Below are positions 32,492 to 41,457 of a stretch of 64,000 nucleotides of DNA, one piece after another. The stretch's first letter is position 1, and every line of letters starts with the position of its first letter. Source of the DNA: Chloroflexota bacterium (GTDB lineage Bacteria > Chloroflexota > Ktedonobacteria > Ktedonobacterales > JADMIN01); assembly GCA_021323855.1 (NCBI GenBank), contig JAJPKE010000001.1:8662-72661 (forward strand), given 5' to 3'. The notes beneath the pieces are model-generated. The model worked only from the letters and a program-made list of their open reading frames with translations. It searched no databases and was not told the origin of the DNA. The translations under genes were made by a program, and so were the position numbers.

Positions 32492-33438
32492 TTGGCTGCC
32501 TCTTTCTCTCTGTGAACGAGATTGATGAAGGTTTCTTCCAGGTCGTTGCTCTTGACTTCCAGGGCGCGCCAGGGAATGTTGCTGCTGACCAGCGCGCGCA
32601 CCGTCGCATCGGCATCGCGCGTGTGGAGGATCACGCGCTCACCCTGCATGTCGCGCTGGAAGACGCCCGGTAGTTGTTCCAGCCAGCGCGCTGCGGCGGC
32701 GTTGTCTACGCTGCCGGCGTCGAGCCGGGTAAAGGCGACCCGTGGCTCGCCGTAGCGTTGCTGAATCTCCTGCACGGTGCCATCTTCGAGGATGCGCCCG
32801 GATGCGATGATGACCAGACGTGAAGCAAAGGTTTCCGCTTCTTCGAGATAGTGCGTGGCGAAGAGAATGGTGTGGCCCTGCTCGGCGTAGGCGTGCATGC
32901 TCGCCCAGAACTCGCGGCGCGCCTCCACGTCCATCGCGGCGGTCGGCTCATCCAGCACCAGCAATTCCGGCTCGCCGGCAATTGCCATCGCGAAGCGCAC
33001 GCGCTGCGTCTGCCCGCCAGAGAGGCGGTCTACGCGGCGGTTCTCCAGCCCGCGCAGCCCGGCCAGTTCCAGCAGTTGCTCTTTGGGCAGCGGCGCCGGA
33101 TGCAGTCCGCGCACGAAGTCGAGGAATTCGCCGACATGCACGCCGGGCATCAGCTTGCCCTCTTGCAGCATCGCGCCCATGCGGCTATGGCGAATCGCCT
33201 CGGCGGGGGAGCCGCCGAAGACTTCAATCGTGCCAGCCGTCGGCTCGATCAGTCCCAGCAACATGCCAATCGTGGTGGATTTCCCGGCACCGTTCGGGCC
33301 GAGCAGCGCAATCGTCTCGCCACGATGGATATCTAGATCAATGCCCTTCACCGCCTGGACGGTGCCATACGTTTTGACGAGTCCGCGCAGGCGCACGATA
33401 GGTTCAGCAGGTTCAGCGTTCTCGCGCTGGTGGTTCAT
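32488..33438 (-). CDS. ABC transporter ATP-binding protein
   Basis: Trimmed to Met 33438. Walker A GPNGAGKST, signature LSGGQTQRV, Walker B LLVLDEPTAAMD. Confidence 0.9.
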   Translation of the reverse strand: MNHQRENAEPAEPIVRLRGLVKTYGTVQAVKGIDLDIHRGETIALLGPNGAGKSTTIGMLLGLIEPTAGTIEVFGGSPAEAIRHSRMGAMLQEGKLMPGVHVGEFLDFVRGLHPAPLPKEQLLELAGLRGLENRRVDRLSGGQTQRVRFAMAIAGEPELLVLDEPTAAMDVEARREFWASMHAYAEQGHTILFATHYLEEAETFASRLVIIASGRILEDGTVQEIQQRYGEPRVAFTRLDAGSVDNAAAARWLEQLPGVFQRDMQGERVILHTRDADATVRALVSSNIPWRALEVKSNDLEETFINLVHREKEAAK

Positions 33439-33699
33439 GATCGTCTCCGTTGTCTTTGTTATCTTCGCTGTCTTCGCTGTGGGAGGAAGCATCACTGCCG
33501 TCATCGAATCAACTCCTCTCAATACCCTTGATGACATATGGCTCGTATATGTGTGTGGATGATCGCCGTCATCACCGGCGACACTTCAAGTCTACGGTGA
33601 GGCTCGTGATTCGCGTAGTGTCGTATCTCATCACTTTCAGATGACAACTATCATATCCGCCCGTCTGGTTAGGTGGATGGATCTCATCAGAGAGAGGTC

Positions 33700-33739
33700 A
33701 CAGTGATACCAGCTCAGCAGATGCGGTTGGTATCACTGT
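33700..33739. other. Perfect 12-bp inverted repeat (stem-loop) in a 426-bp divergent intergenic region
   Basis: ACAGTGATACCA (33700-33711), 16-nt loop, TGGTATCACTGT (33728-33739). Function unknown. Confidence 0.6.
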
Positions 33740-33864
33740 TGCTAGTGTTTTCGGAGTGAGCTATCCAGTGGCGGCGCAGGGTCGCTCGCGTGGCCGTACT
33801 GATAGTAAGATGAACCTGTGAGCTACCTATTGAGGCAGCGACCGGATAAAGTGAGGTGGCAAAA

Positions 33865-34089
33865 ATGACGTCTGAACCATCCGAACAGCAGAATCAAACC
33901 GGCGATTTCCTTGAGCAACGTTGCGCCGACTGTGGAGCGGTCATCAGCGCGGCAGAGGTGTCCGGCGCGCGCTGCGTCCGCTGCGGCGAACCTTTCTGCC
34001 GGGATTGCGCGCGCGCGCAGATCGAGCGCGAAGAGCCGATGGTCTGCGTCGCCTGCTGGGAAAGCGAACACCTCGCCAGCGCAGAATAA
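33865..34089 (+). CDS. Small 8-Cys zinc-ribbon protein (74 aa)
   Basis: ATG 33865 follows GTGAGGTGG. Spacing CX2C-X13-CX2C-X4-CX2C-X12-CX2C. Confidence 0.55.
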   Translation: MTSEPSEQQNQTGDFLEQRCADCGAVISAAEVSGARCVRCGEPFCRDCARAQIEREEPMVCVACWESEHLASAE

Positions 34090-34184
34090 GCGCATCTCCG
34101 CTAGAATATTATTTCCAGTGTAGCGCCTGCTATACTGCCAGCGAAGCGTGCATCATTGCACGAGACGGCGATTGATCGTATTCG

Positions 34185-34213
34185 TTGCTATTCCACCTGA
34201 TTCCTGTTATAAT
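34185..34213 (+). promoter_or_regulatory. Sigma-70-type promoter of the KGG stress protein gene
   Basis: TTGCTA (34185-34190), 17 nt spacer, TATAAT (34208-34213). About 70 nt upstream of ATG 34284. Confidence 0.5.
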
Positions 34214-34283
34214 AGCCACAAAGCGTGGACTGCTGGCTGGTAGTAGCCTGCGGATAAAAAAGGCGAAAGGGCGGGTGGATTCG

Positions 34284-34706
34284 ATGGCAACCTCACGCAA
34301 AACCGGAGGGCGGCAAAACGCTCAGACACAAAGCGCCCAAGCAGATCAGGCAGATCAGGCAGACCAAGAGGCCCAGGCAAACCAGGCAAACACGGAAGCG
34401 CCCGCGCCGGTGAAGAAGCGCCGTGGACCTGAAGCGGGAACCGAAAAGGCGAAACGTGGTGGCCAGAGTGTCAAAGAACGGTATGGCTCGGAGTTCTACT
34501 CGCAGATTGGCACCAAAGGCGGGCGCACGGTCAAAGAGCAGTATGGCTCAGAGTTTTATATGACCATCGGCGCGAAGGGCGGCAAAACGACCCGCGACAC
34601 GATGGGCAAGGACTTCTATGCGCGCATCGGTCGCCTGGGCGGGCAGCGCGGCAAAGGGCACCCCAAGCTCCAGGCGCGCGATAGAGAAATGTTCGGCAAA
34701 AAATAG
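34284..34706 (+). CDS. KGG-repeat stress-induced protein (YciG/GsiB-like)
   Basis: Three repeats: GGQSVKERYGSEFYSQIGTKGG / RTVKEQYGSEFYMTIGAKGG / KTTRDTMGKDFYARIGRLGG. Confidence 0.8.
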   Translation: MATSRKTGGRQNAQTQSAQADQADQADQEAQANQANTEAPAPVKKRRGPEAGTEKAKRGGQSVKERYGSEFYSQIGTKGGRTVKEQYGSEFYMTIGAKGGKTTRDTMGKDFYARIGRLGGQRGKGHPKLQARDREMFGKK

Positions 34707-34744
34707 TCTCTAACCGGCGCTTGATATTTCTCCCCACCTCCTGT

Positions 34745-34772
34745 ACAATGCTGCTCGATTGGGCAGCATTGT
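34745..34772 (+). terminator. Hairpin after the KGG gene (possible terminator or kinase leader structure)
   Basis: ACAATGCTGC-TCGATTGG-GCAGCATTGT, a perfect 10-bp stem with no U-tract. Confidence 0.35.
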
Positions 34773-34846
34773 GTCGTCTGCAAAGCCAACGATTTATACG
34801 TATAGCCGGCCAGCGGCAGCAGAGGAAACGCTAGGGGAGGAGCATC

Positions 34847-36979
34847 ATGGCGGGGAAACTGGAAGGCGTTCAGCTCGGCAATTGCCGCCTGCTCAAGCGC
34901 ATCGGCAGCGGTGGCATGGGTGAGGTCTATCTTGCCGAGCAGATGCCGCTCGAACGGCAGGTTGCCGTCAAAGTGTTGCGTGGGACGGGCGGCGTCTTTG
35001 CCGCCGAACCAGACGCGGAGGCGTTGGAACTCTTCACCCGCGAGGCACGCGCCGTCGCCGCGCTCGACCATCCCTATATCCTGCCGCTCTATGACTTTGG
35101 CGAGCAGGATGGCATTGCGTTCCTCATCATGCCCTATATGCCGGAGGGGTCACTGGCGGACTTGATTGCGCCAGGGGCAAGCCAGCGATTGCGGCTGCCG
35201 CTGCCGCCTGCGCTCGTCTGTGAATTGCTGCGCCAGGTCTCCAGCGCGCTTCAGTTTGCCCACGAACACGGTGTCATTCATCGCGATGTAAAACCCGGCA
35301 ATCTGCTCGTCCGGCAATTTCCTAGAGATGATGCGCTGGACACGCTGACCACCGATCCAACCCAGGCGCAGGTCGTGCTGGCGGATTTCGGCATTGCGCG
35401 CTTCCTCGATGATCCCACAGGAACGACCAGTGGCACCGGCACGCCGCAATATAGCGCGCCGGAACAACTTATCGGCCATCCGGTTCCTGCCTCCGACCAG
35501 TATGCGCTGGCCTGCCTTGCCTATCTCTTGCTCACCGGCTCACATGCCTTCACCGGCAGCATCGCTGAGCTTCACCACCAGCATCTTGCCATCGCGCCTA
35601 TCCTGCCAACGAGCGTCAACGCGGCGCTGCCATCTGCGGTGGATGCTGTGCTGGCGCGGGCGCTGGCGAAAGAGCCAGGGCAACGCTACGAGAACGTGGT
35701 AGATTTTGCGCAGGCGCTCCAACAGGCCGTGCAGCTAGGGCATGTCACTCCGCGCCTGTCAGCGCCACTACGAACGCCCGCCCAGGCGGCCAGCGTCTCG
35801 CCGGAGAGCGAAACCGAGCCACAAACGCCGGAGTCTGCTGCGCTGGCCGGATATGGGGGCGCAATGCAGGTGACACCTGGCGATATCGCATCGCCAGCCG
35901 GTTCACGCAAACCGGCGCCGCCACCCGCTCTCTTGCCAGGGCAGCACAACGCCACACCGCCAGCGCCAGCCATGACGCCCGCAAGGGACCGGTCAGGCGC
36001 AGAGGATGGAAAACCAGCGCCATTGCCGGTTGCTGGGTCTGAAACACCGGCGATACTGGCAAAACCGGAAACACCGGAGATACCGGAGACCTCTACATCA
36101 TCCACGTTACCTGAAAAGAGCGATCTTCGAGCGACACCACTGCCCTGGCCCGCGACGACACGCCAGATTGGACAGGTCCGGCGTCTGCTCCTGCTGGGGC
36201 TGGCGGCAGCCGTTGTTCTCGCCGCGCTCCTCGGCGTGCTGGCGACTTTGCCCGCGCTCAAAGGCAGTCCGTTGGGCCAGATCACACATGTCATCAATAA
36301 CATTGGCGGGACGAACGCCACCCCCAGTGGCACATCGTCGAGTACGACGACTTCGCAGTCCGGCAGCAAGACGCCAGGGACCAACAGCACGACATCGGGC
36401 AATCAACCAGGAACGACGCCAGGAACCACGGGCGGCGGACCCGGCGCAACCGCCACGGCAGGCGCAACCGCCAGCCCGACGGCGACCCGCGTGCCACCAA
36501 CGGCAACGCCGGTGCCGACGGTGCCGCCGTTGGTCGGTTTCACCAGTCCGCACGGCCATTATGCGACGCGCTACCCTTCCACCTATGGGGTGAATAGCTC
36601 GTATTTCGGCGCGTTCGAGGAGTACGACGACTATTACTACGGCCCAAATTATGCGTTTTTTGAGGCCAATCTCGAAAAGGGCATCTTTTCGCTGGATTCG
36701 GATAGCCAGCTCGTCAGCGCGCAAGATGTGGACTCGTTTGTCACCGGCTCTCCGGCCCTGACGTTCATCTCATCCGGCCAGCAGATGATTGGCGGCGTCT
36801 CCTGCGCCCGCGCCGACTACACCTATAACGACGCAGGCACAAGGCATCTGGTGGCCTTTGGCTGCCATGCCAACGGGCGCGTCTATGACATGCAATTTTC
36901 CGCCGCTGTGGGCGATTATCCCACGCAATCACTGGTGGCGCTCGCGCCCATCCTGGCGAACTGGCAATGGCTTACCTGA
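34847..36979 (+). CDS. Transmembrane Ser/Thr protein kinase
   Basis: GSGGMGEVYLA, VAVK, HRDVKPGNLL, DFG, GTPQYSAPE. Pro/Thr-rich linker, one TM (LLLLGLAAAVVLAALLGVLATL), and an extracytoplasmic domain of roughly 160 aa after a long Ser/Thr/Gly/Pro-rich segment. Confidence 0.9.
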   Translation: MAGKLEGVQLGNCRLLKRIGSGGMGEVYLAEQMPLERQVAVKVLRGTGGVFAAEPDAEALELFTREARAVAALDHPYILPLYDFGEQDGIAFLIMPYMPEGSLADLIAPGASQRLRLPLPPALVCELLRQVSSALQFAHEHGVIHRDVKPGNLLVRQFPRDDALDTLTTDPTQAQVVLADFGIARFLDDPTGTTSGTGTPQYSAPEQLIGHPVPASDQYALACLAYLLLTGSHAFTGSIAELHHQHLAIAPILPTSVNAALPSAVDAVLARALAKEPGQRYENVVDFAQALQQAVQLGHVTPRLSAPLRTPAQAASVSPESETEPQTPESAALAGYGGAMQVTPGDIASPAGSRKPAPPPALLPGQHNATPPAPAMTPARDRSGAEDGKPAPLPVAGSETPAILAKPETPEIPETSTSSTLPEKSDLRATPLPWPATTRQIGQVRRLLLLGLAAAVVLAALLGVLATLPALKGSPLGQITHVINNIGGTNATPSGTSSSTTTSQSGSKTPGTNSTTSGNQPGTTPGTTGGGPGATATAGATASPTATRVPPTATPVPTVPPLVGFTSPHGHYATRYPSTYGVNSSYFGAFEEYDDYYYGPNYAFFEANLEKGIFSLDSDSQLVSAQDVDSFVTGSPALTFISSGQQMIGGVSCARADYTYNDAGTRHLVAFGCHANGRVYDMQFSAAVGDYPTQSLVALAPILANWQWLT

Positions 36980-37128
36980 TTGCTTGCCCGCCTGATTGCC
37001 CATCCACCTGTGCAATTCTACGCAATTGGGATGAGCTATTTTCTCTTGCCAGAGAATCAGGTATAATGGCGCCGGGAGCAGCGTAACTCTGGAAACGAAC
37101 CATAGAGAGAGGCAGAGGAGTTATTTTC

Positions 37129-37536
37129 ATGTCCTACGATCCGTACCCGCAACAGAACCAGCAGTACCCACAATCCTATCCGCCACCGCCCAGCCAGCCG
37201 TATCCGCCGTCCTATCCGGCGGCGCAGCCCCAACCGTACTACAATCCGCAGATGGCGCCGATGCCCGTCTCGACCAGCGGCTGGGCCATCGCCAGCCTCA
37301 TCTGCTCACTTGTTGGCGTCAGCCTGCTCGGCGTCATTTTCGGGCATGTCGCGCTCAACGAGATTAAGAAGTCTAATGGCCGGGTTGGTGGTCATGGTCT
37401 GGCGTTGGCTGGCACGATTATTGGCTATATTGGCCTGGCGCTCGGCATTATCATCGGCTGCGTGTATGTGTTTGCCATTGCCGCCGCCGTCAATGCTGGC
37501 AACAATCCCAGCGGCCTCCTGGGCGTGTTATTTTAG
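37129..37536 (+). CDS. DUF4190 domain membrane protein
   Basis: P/Q/Y-rich N-terminus, then GVIFGHVALNEIKKSNGRVGGHGLALAGTIIGYIGLAL. Confidence 0.8.
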   Translation: MSYDPYPQQNQQYPQSYPPPPSQPYPPSYPAAQPQPYYNPQMAPMPVSTSGWAIASLICSLVGVSLLGVIFGHVALNEIKKSNGRVGGHGLALAGTIIGYIGLALGIIIGCVYVFAIAAAVNAGNNPSGLLGVLF

Positions 37537-37562
37537 CAGTTGAGAGATCAGTTTGTTGAGAG

Positions 37563-37591
37563 AAAAGCCGGTGGTGAACCCACCGGCTTTT
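37563..37591. terminator. Bidirectional rho-independent terminator
   Basis: AAAA-GCCGGTGG-TGAAC-CCACCGGC-TTTT, between the convergent DUF4190 (stop 37536) and S53 peptidase (stop 37621) genes. Confidence 0.8.
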
Positions 37592-37620
37592 GTAATGAAC
37601 ATTGCCATACCAGGTTATGT

Positions 37621-39369
37621 TTATTGCGCGTTCAGCAGGTCGCGCGCCAGCACCGCGCCGTCCGGCGACCCCCAGCCAGTGCTGTAATCCCAGCCGGGCG
37701 TGGCGTCGTAATAGAGGTTGCCGCCGATGGTGACATCATGGAACGGCAGCGGCGCAGTGACGCCCGCGCCAGCGCCGCTGCCCAGCCGGTAGAGCGCCGG
37801 ATCAAGGAAGCCTAGCGGATGTTTGCCGTGCTGCTGCGCTGACTGATTGATGAGCAGCACGAGCGCCGCCCAGAGAGGCGTCGCCGCGCTGGTGCCGCCG
37901 ACGACCTGCCAGCACTGCTGGCGGCAGCCGCTATCGGCGTAATAAACCGCGTAGCCGGTCAACGGATCGGCGTCGGCGGAGACATCCGGCACCTGCCGCA
38001 TGCCATCTGATGCCGTATTCTGCACACCGGGTCCGCTCTGCCAGGAGGGAAGCTGATAGATGGTGCTGAGGCCGCCGCCGCCACCCGCCTGCTTCAATGG
38101 ACCCTCCCAGCCCGCCTCGTAGTTATAGGTGCCGTCTGTATGCAGGAAGAGCGCCGTGCCGCCGACGCTGGTGACATATGGGCTGGCGGCCACTGCGCCA
38201 ACGGAAAGCTGGCTATCCTGGCAGTCATACGCGCCGGAGTCGCCGCTCGCCACCAGCACCGACATCCCCTCCGCGCCAGCCCGCCGGAAACTATTATCCA
38301 GCGAGGTCAGGAACGAGTTGGCAATCGAGGGGTCAAGCTGCGCCTCGCAGGTGCCCAGGCTGATGCTCAACACCTGCGCGCGGTCGTCTGAGACGATCTG
38401 GCTCACCATCTGCGCGACGCTGAGCAAATCTTTTGGACTCTCATAAACGAGGATGTTGGCCTGCGGCGCAATCGCCTGCGCCACCTCGATATCCAGTTCC
38501 GGCTCCGGGCTGACACTATTTGCGCCGTCGCCAACCTGCACCACCTGCGGCGCTGGCGCATTGATGCTGTACTGCTGGTCATACGCCTGAATATCGGCCT
38601 GATTGAACATGTCAATCTCCGCCAGCGCAATCGTCTGGTTCGCGCCGCTGAGTCCTGCCTGATGCAGCGGCCCCAGGTCGTAAGCGCGTTCGATGTCAGA
38701 CGGCCCCAGCCCGTTAACGCCGGAGACCGAGGAGTGGTGCGGAGCCAGCAGAGCGCCGGTATGCAGCACGTTGCGCCCATCCAGCCCTAGCACGCCAACT
38801 ACTGCGCCGGCAAACGCGGCTGGTATACGCGGCGCGGCATCTGGCGCGATATACACGCGCCCGTCGCTGGCACGATAGCGATTGAGCCGCACGCTGAAGA
38901 ATGTCTCTGCCTGCCCGACCGTGACACGCAGACTTGCCAGCAGGCCATCTGCACTGTAGGATGGCGCGGGCCAACCGGCGGCCTGGAGCACGCCAGCGAT
39001 GCGCGCTTTATCCTGGGCGGATGCGCCGAAGCGGCTGGCAATCTCTGCTGGTGTGAGATACTGGCGATAGGACGGCGAGTGTGGGTCGCTCACCGCCGCC
39101 AACACCTGTTGTAGCTCGGCTGGCGACTGGCCGCGCAACACCAGCGAAAGCGCCAGCGTCGTTCCGGGCGCAGCCTTCCCCAGCAAGATCGGCTGCGCGC
39201 CATGAGATGGGTGCTTGTCATTGGCTGCGCCGGACCGCGAGCCAGCGCCAGTCTGCGAGCCTACACCAGCGCACCCCGCCAACAGCAGCGCCAACACCAT
39301 GATGCCCGTTACGAGCATGGCAGATGGCCGGCGGGAAGGCCAGCGAATGAATTCGCGCCTGGATGGCAT
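37621..39369 (-). CDS. S53 family peptidase (sedolisin/kumamolisin-like) lipoprotein
   Basis: Trimmed to Met 39369 (signal LALLLAGCAG). Pro-kumamolisin-type N-domain, SGDSGAYDC, GGTSAATPLWAALVLLI. Confidence 0.85.
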   Translation of the reverse strand: MPSRREFIRWPSRRPSAMLVTGIMVLALLLAGCAGVGSQTGAGSRSGAANDKHPSHGAQPILLGKAAPGTTLALSLVLRGQSPAELQQVLAAVSDPHSPSYRQYLTPAEIASRFGASAQDKARIAGVLQAAGWPAPSYSADGLLASLRVTVGQAETFFSVRLNRYRASDGRVYIAPDAAPRIPAAFAGAVVGVLGLDGRNVLHTGALLAPHHSSVSGVNGLGPSDIERAYDLGPLHQAGLSGANQTIALAEIDMFNQADIQAYDQQYSINAPAPQVVQVGDGANSVSPEPELDIEVAQAIAPQANILVYESPKDLLSVAQMVSQIVSDDRAQVLSISLGTCEAQLDPSIANSFLTSLDNSFRRAGAEGMSVLVASGDSGAYDCQDSQLSVGAVAASPYVTSVGGTALFLHTDGTYNYEAGWEGPLKQAGGGGGLSTIYQLPSWQSGPGVQNTASDGMRQVPDVSADADPLTGYAVYYADSGCRQQCWQVVGGTSAATPLWAALVLLINQSAQQHGKHPLGFLDPALYRLGSGAGAGVTAPLPFHDVTIGGNLYYDATPGWDYSTGWGSPDGAVLARDLLNAQ

Positions 39370-39410
39370 GCCGCCGCAAAGTCCGCCTGCGCGGACTAAG
39401 AACAGGCGAA

Positions 39411-39497
39411 CTCCCCTCTCCTTGTGGGAGAGGGGCCGGGGGTGAGGTCCTCTGGCTCCCCTCTCCCGCGCACGGGGGAGGGGCCGGGGGTGGGGGC
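39411..39497. repeat. Composite GC-rich hairpin repeat (REP-like), copy 3, two modules
   Basis: CCCCTCTCC-TTGTG-GGAGAGGGG CCGGGGGTGAGGTCCTCTGGCT CCCCTCTCCC-GCGCAC-GGGGGAGGGG CCGGGGGTGGGGGC. Confidence 0.7.
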
Positions 39498-39545
39498 TAA
39501 ACATTATTTCCCAATTCGGCATAGAATATTTATCCACCCTCCCCA

Positions 39546-40160
39546 CTAGAGCCACTGCACGCTATTGACGATATGGTCGTATTCTTCGTCCGGCACAATG
39601 CTGGTATCCGGGCTATTGGGGTCCAGCGGGCTGATGGCAACGAAGGTGATGCCCGTCGAACCGCGCACGCTCGCCATGAACTGAATGTAGACCGGCACGT
39701 CTGGCGCGTTCGCCTGCAAACTCTGCGCCTGATACGACTCGCCCGCGCCGTCCACATAGCCGATCTCCGCGCCGCGAATCGGCCCGTTATCCTGGATGCC
39801 CTCATACTGATTGGGGTCCAGCGTCTGCTGCGCCACCTGCGCCAGCAAATCGGCGCTGGTCGTGCCCGCCGCCACATCCATGCTATTGACAATGATCGTG
39901 ATATTGCCAAAGCGCGTCCCCGCCGCCAGCGTCACGCCGTCGCTGTTCTTCTGCTGCACTGACCAGGGGTCGAAGTAGAGGAGGCTGAAGCGCGAAGTTC
40001 GCACGGTATGCGCGGCTCCGGCGGCGCGGGCGGGCGGCGGGCAGTTGCCGTGGCAGGGCGTCGGCGTTGCCGCAGGCACCGGCAGCGCGCCAGCAGCATC
40101 ACACGCCCCCAGGCAGAGCGCCACGAAGAGCGCCGCCAGCAGCACCCGCCACAGCTTCAT
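39546..40160 (-). CDS. Hypothetical lipoprotein (204 aa)
   Basis: A start at Met 40160 gives MKLWRVLLAALFVALCLGAC (lipobox). Met 40196 is an alternative start. No family recognised. Confidence 0.65.
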   Translation of the reverse strand: MKLWRVLLAALFVALCLGACDAAGALPVPAATPTPCHGNCPPPARAAGAAHTVRTSRFSLLYFDPWSVQQKNSDGVTLAAGTRFGNITIIVNSMDVAAGTTSADLLAQVAQQTLDPNQYEGIQDNGPIRGAEIGYVDGAGESYQAQSLQANAPDVPVYIQFMASVRGSTGITFVAISPLDPNSPDTSIVPDEEYDHIVNSVQWL

Positions 40161-40188
40161 CTCTCTTATGCTCCGCTGATGAATTGTA

Positions 40189-41370
40189 CTATTCATGGGT
40201 CGTCTCCTGCGCTGGCTGCGCGGGCAGGGGACGCCGCATGCGCCGTGAGATGGAGAGCAGCGCCAGCCCACAGTTTGGGCAGAAAGGCAAATCGCTGACT
40301 TCATGGTGGCATTGCGGGCAGATGAGCGTCTGGCCGTGGCCGAGCGGGCGCGCCTTCTCGATCAGCCCGATATGCAGCACGCGGCGCAGCAACAGCATCA
40401 ACACCAGCAGCGTCAGCGCGTACCAGATGATCTGCATCACCAGACCGGGGAGCAGCGAGCTGAGCAGCGGCGGCGCAATCTGGCCGAGCGCGCCGAGCAG
40501 CAGCACCACCGGCCACGACGCCAGCGCACCCAAGCGCCGCGTCGCTGGCTGTGGGTCGCGCCGCAGCCAGAGCGCCGCGCAGATCAAACCGGTGGTTGCC
40601 GCATCCAGTAATGGCGTCAGCAGCGCAATGCGCACCGTCGGCAGCGCCCAGGTGGAGATGGGGCCAGTCCGCTGAAACGGGCCGATAATCAGCAGCCAGG
40701 CGTAGGCTATGCTCTGCGTCGCGGCGAAGCCCAGCCCCGATGCGGCGCCAAAGGCCAGCCCATCCAGCACTTCATCGAAACGCGGACGGGTGAGATAGAG
40801 GATCAATGGCCCGACGAGCATCAACACCTGCGCCAGCAGCGGCAGCGCCACGCTGGTGAGCAACAGATAGGTGGGATTCAGCCCCGCGCCCGGATGATAC
40901 TGGCTGAGCAGGAAGCGGTAGAGCGCAACGCTCATGCCGCCGCCCAGCAAAGCGCCCAGCAGGAATGTCGCGCCGAGGATGCGCAGCGGCTCGTTGCCAT
41001 AGATCTGCGCATCGAAGAAGTAGAAGAGATAGAGGACGGGCATTAGCAGCGCCGCCAGCAGAATCGCCAGCGGCACGAAACGTCCCGCGCTGATGAGCAG
41101 CACCGCCAGCGCCAGTATGAACAGAAGCCAGCGCATCTGATGCGTGCGCTGGCGGCTGAGATGCGGGAAGAAGGTCGAGACGATGCTGGGATGATAGAGA
41201 TGCTCGAAGGGATTGGCGGCGAAGAAGTGCGGGCGCTTCTCCGCGCGCCGGGCGGAATTTGCCGTATTCGCTGTGTGCCGCACCTGATGCGCGCCGCAAT
41301 AGGCGCAATAATCCCCCGCCGGCCCCTCGCGCCCGCAACTCTGGCAACGCATAGACTCTTCCCATTCCAT
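40189..41370 (-). CDS. Polytopic membrane protein with N- and C-terminal zinc ribbons (PrsW-like core)
   Basis: N-terminal CQSCGREGPAGDYCAYCG, C-terminal CPQCHHEVSDLPFCPNCG, ~8 TM between them. DGLAFGAASGLGFAATQSIAY resembles the PrsW GxxxGLGFAxxEN segment, but without the E/N. Confidence 0.65.
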   Translation of the reverse strand: MEWEESMRCQSCGREGPAGDYCAYCGAHQVRHTANTANSARRAEKRPHFFAANPFEHLYHPSIVSTFFPHLSRQRTHQMRWLLFILALAVLLISAGRFVPLAILLAALLMPVLYLFYFFDAQIYGNEPLRILGATFLLGALLGGGMSVALYRFLLSQYHPGAGLNPTYLLLTSVALPLLAQVLMLVGPLILYLTRPRFDEVLDGLAFGAASGLGFAATQSIAYAWLLIIGPFQRTGPISTWALPTVRIALLTPLLDAATTGLICAALWLRRDPQPATRRLGALASWPVVLLLGALGQIAPPLLSSLLPGLVMQIIWYALTLLVLMLLLRRVLHIGLIEKARPLGHGQTLICPQCHHEVSDLPFCPNCGLALLSISRRMRRPLPAQPAQETTHE

Positions 41371-41457
41371 ACCAGTGATCTACTCTACACAGCAAGCATC
41401 AGTATTGTTGCCAGCATAGCAGACTTGTCAATCAGCACATATAGCGAGAACCATGCG

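Noticed and set aside
34331-34390. Short periodic DNA repeats inside coding regions (CAGATCAGG/CAGGCAAAC at 34331-34390; CAGTCAAAC at 27853-27900).
   Set aside because: They encode low-complexity Q/A/D/N tracts at the N-termini of the KGG protein and the acidic protein. This is coding low complexity, not independent repeat elements.
37039-37067. Candidate promoter TATAAT at 37062-37067 upstream of the DUF4190 gene.
   Set aside because: The -10 is perfect, but no acceptable -35 lies at 16-18 nt (TTTTCT at best; the TTGCC nearby is only 10 nt away). Too weak to list as a feature.
39370-39555. N-terminal 62-aa extension of the S53 peptidase ORF (MALVGRVDKYS...PHPRPLPRARERGARGPHPRPLSHKERG).
   Set aside because: It reads through the GC-rich REP element. 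A proper lipoprotein signal peptide starts at Met 39369, so the extension is an artefact.
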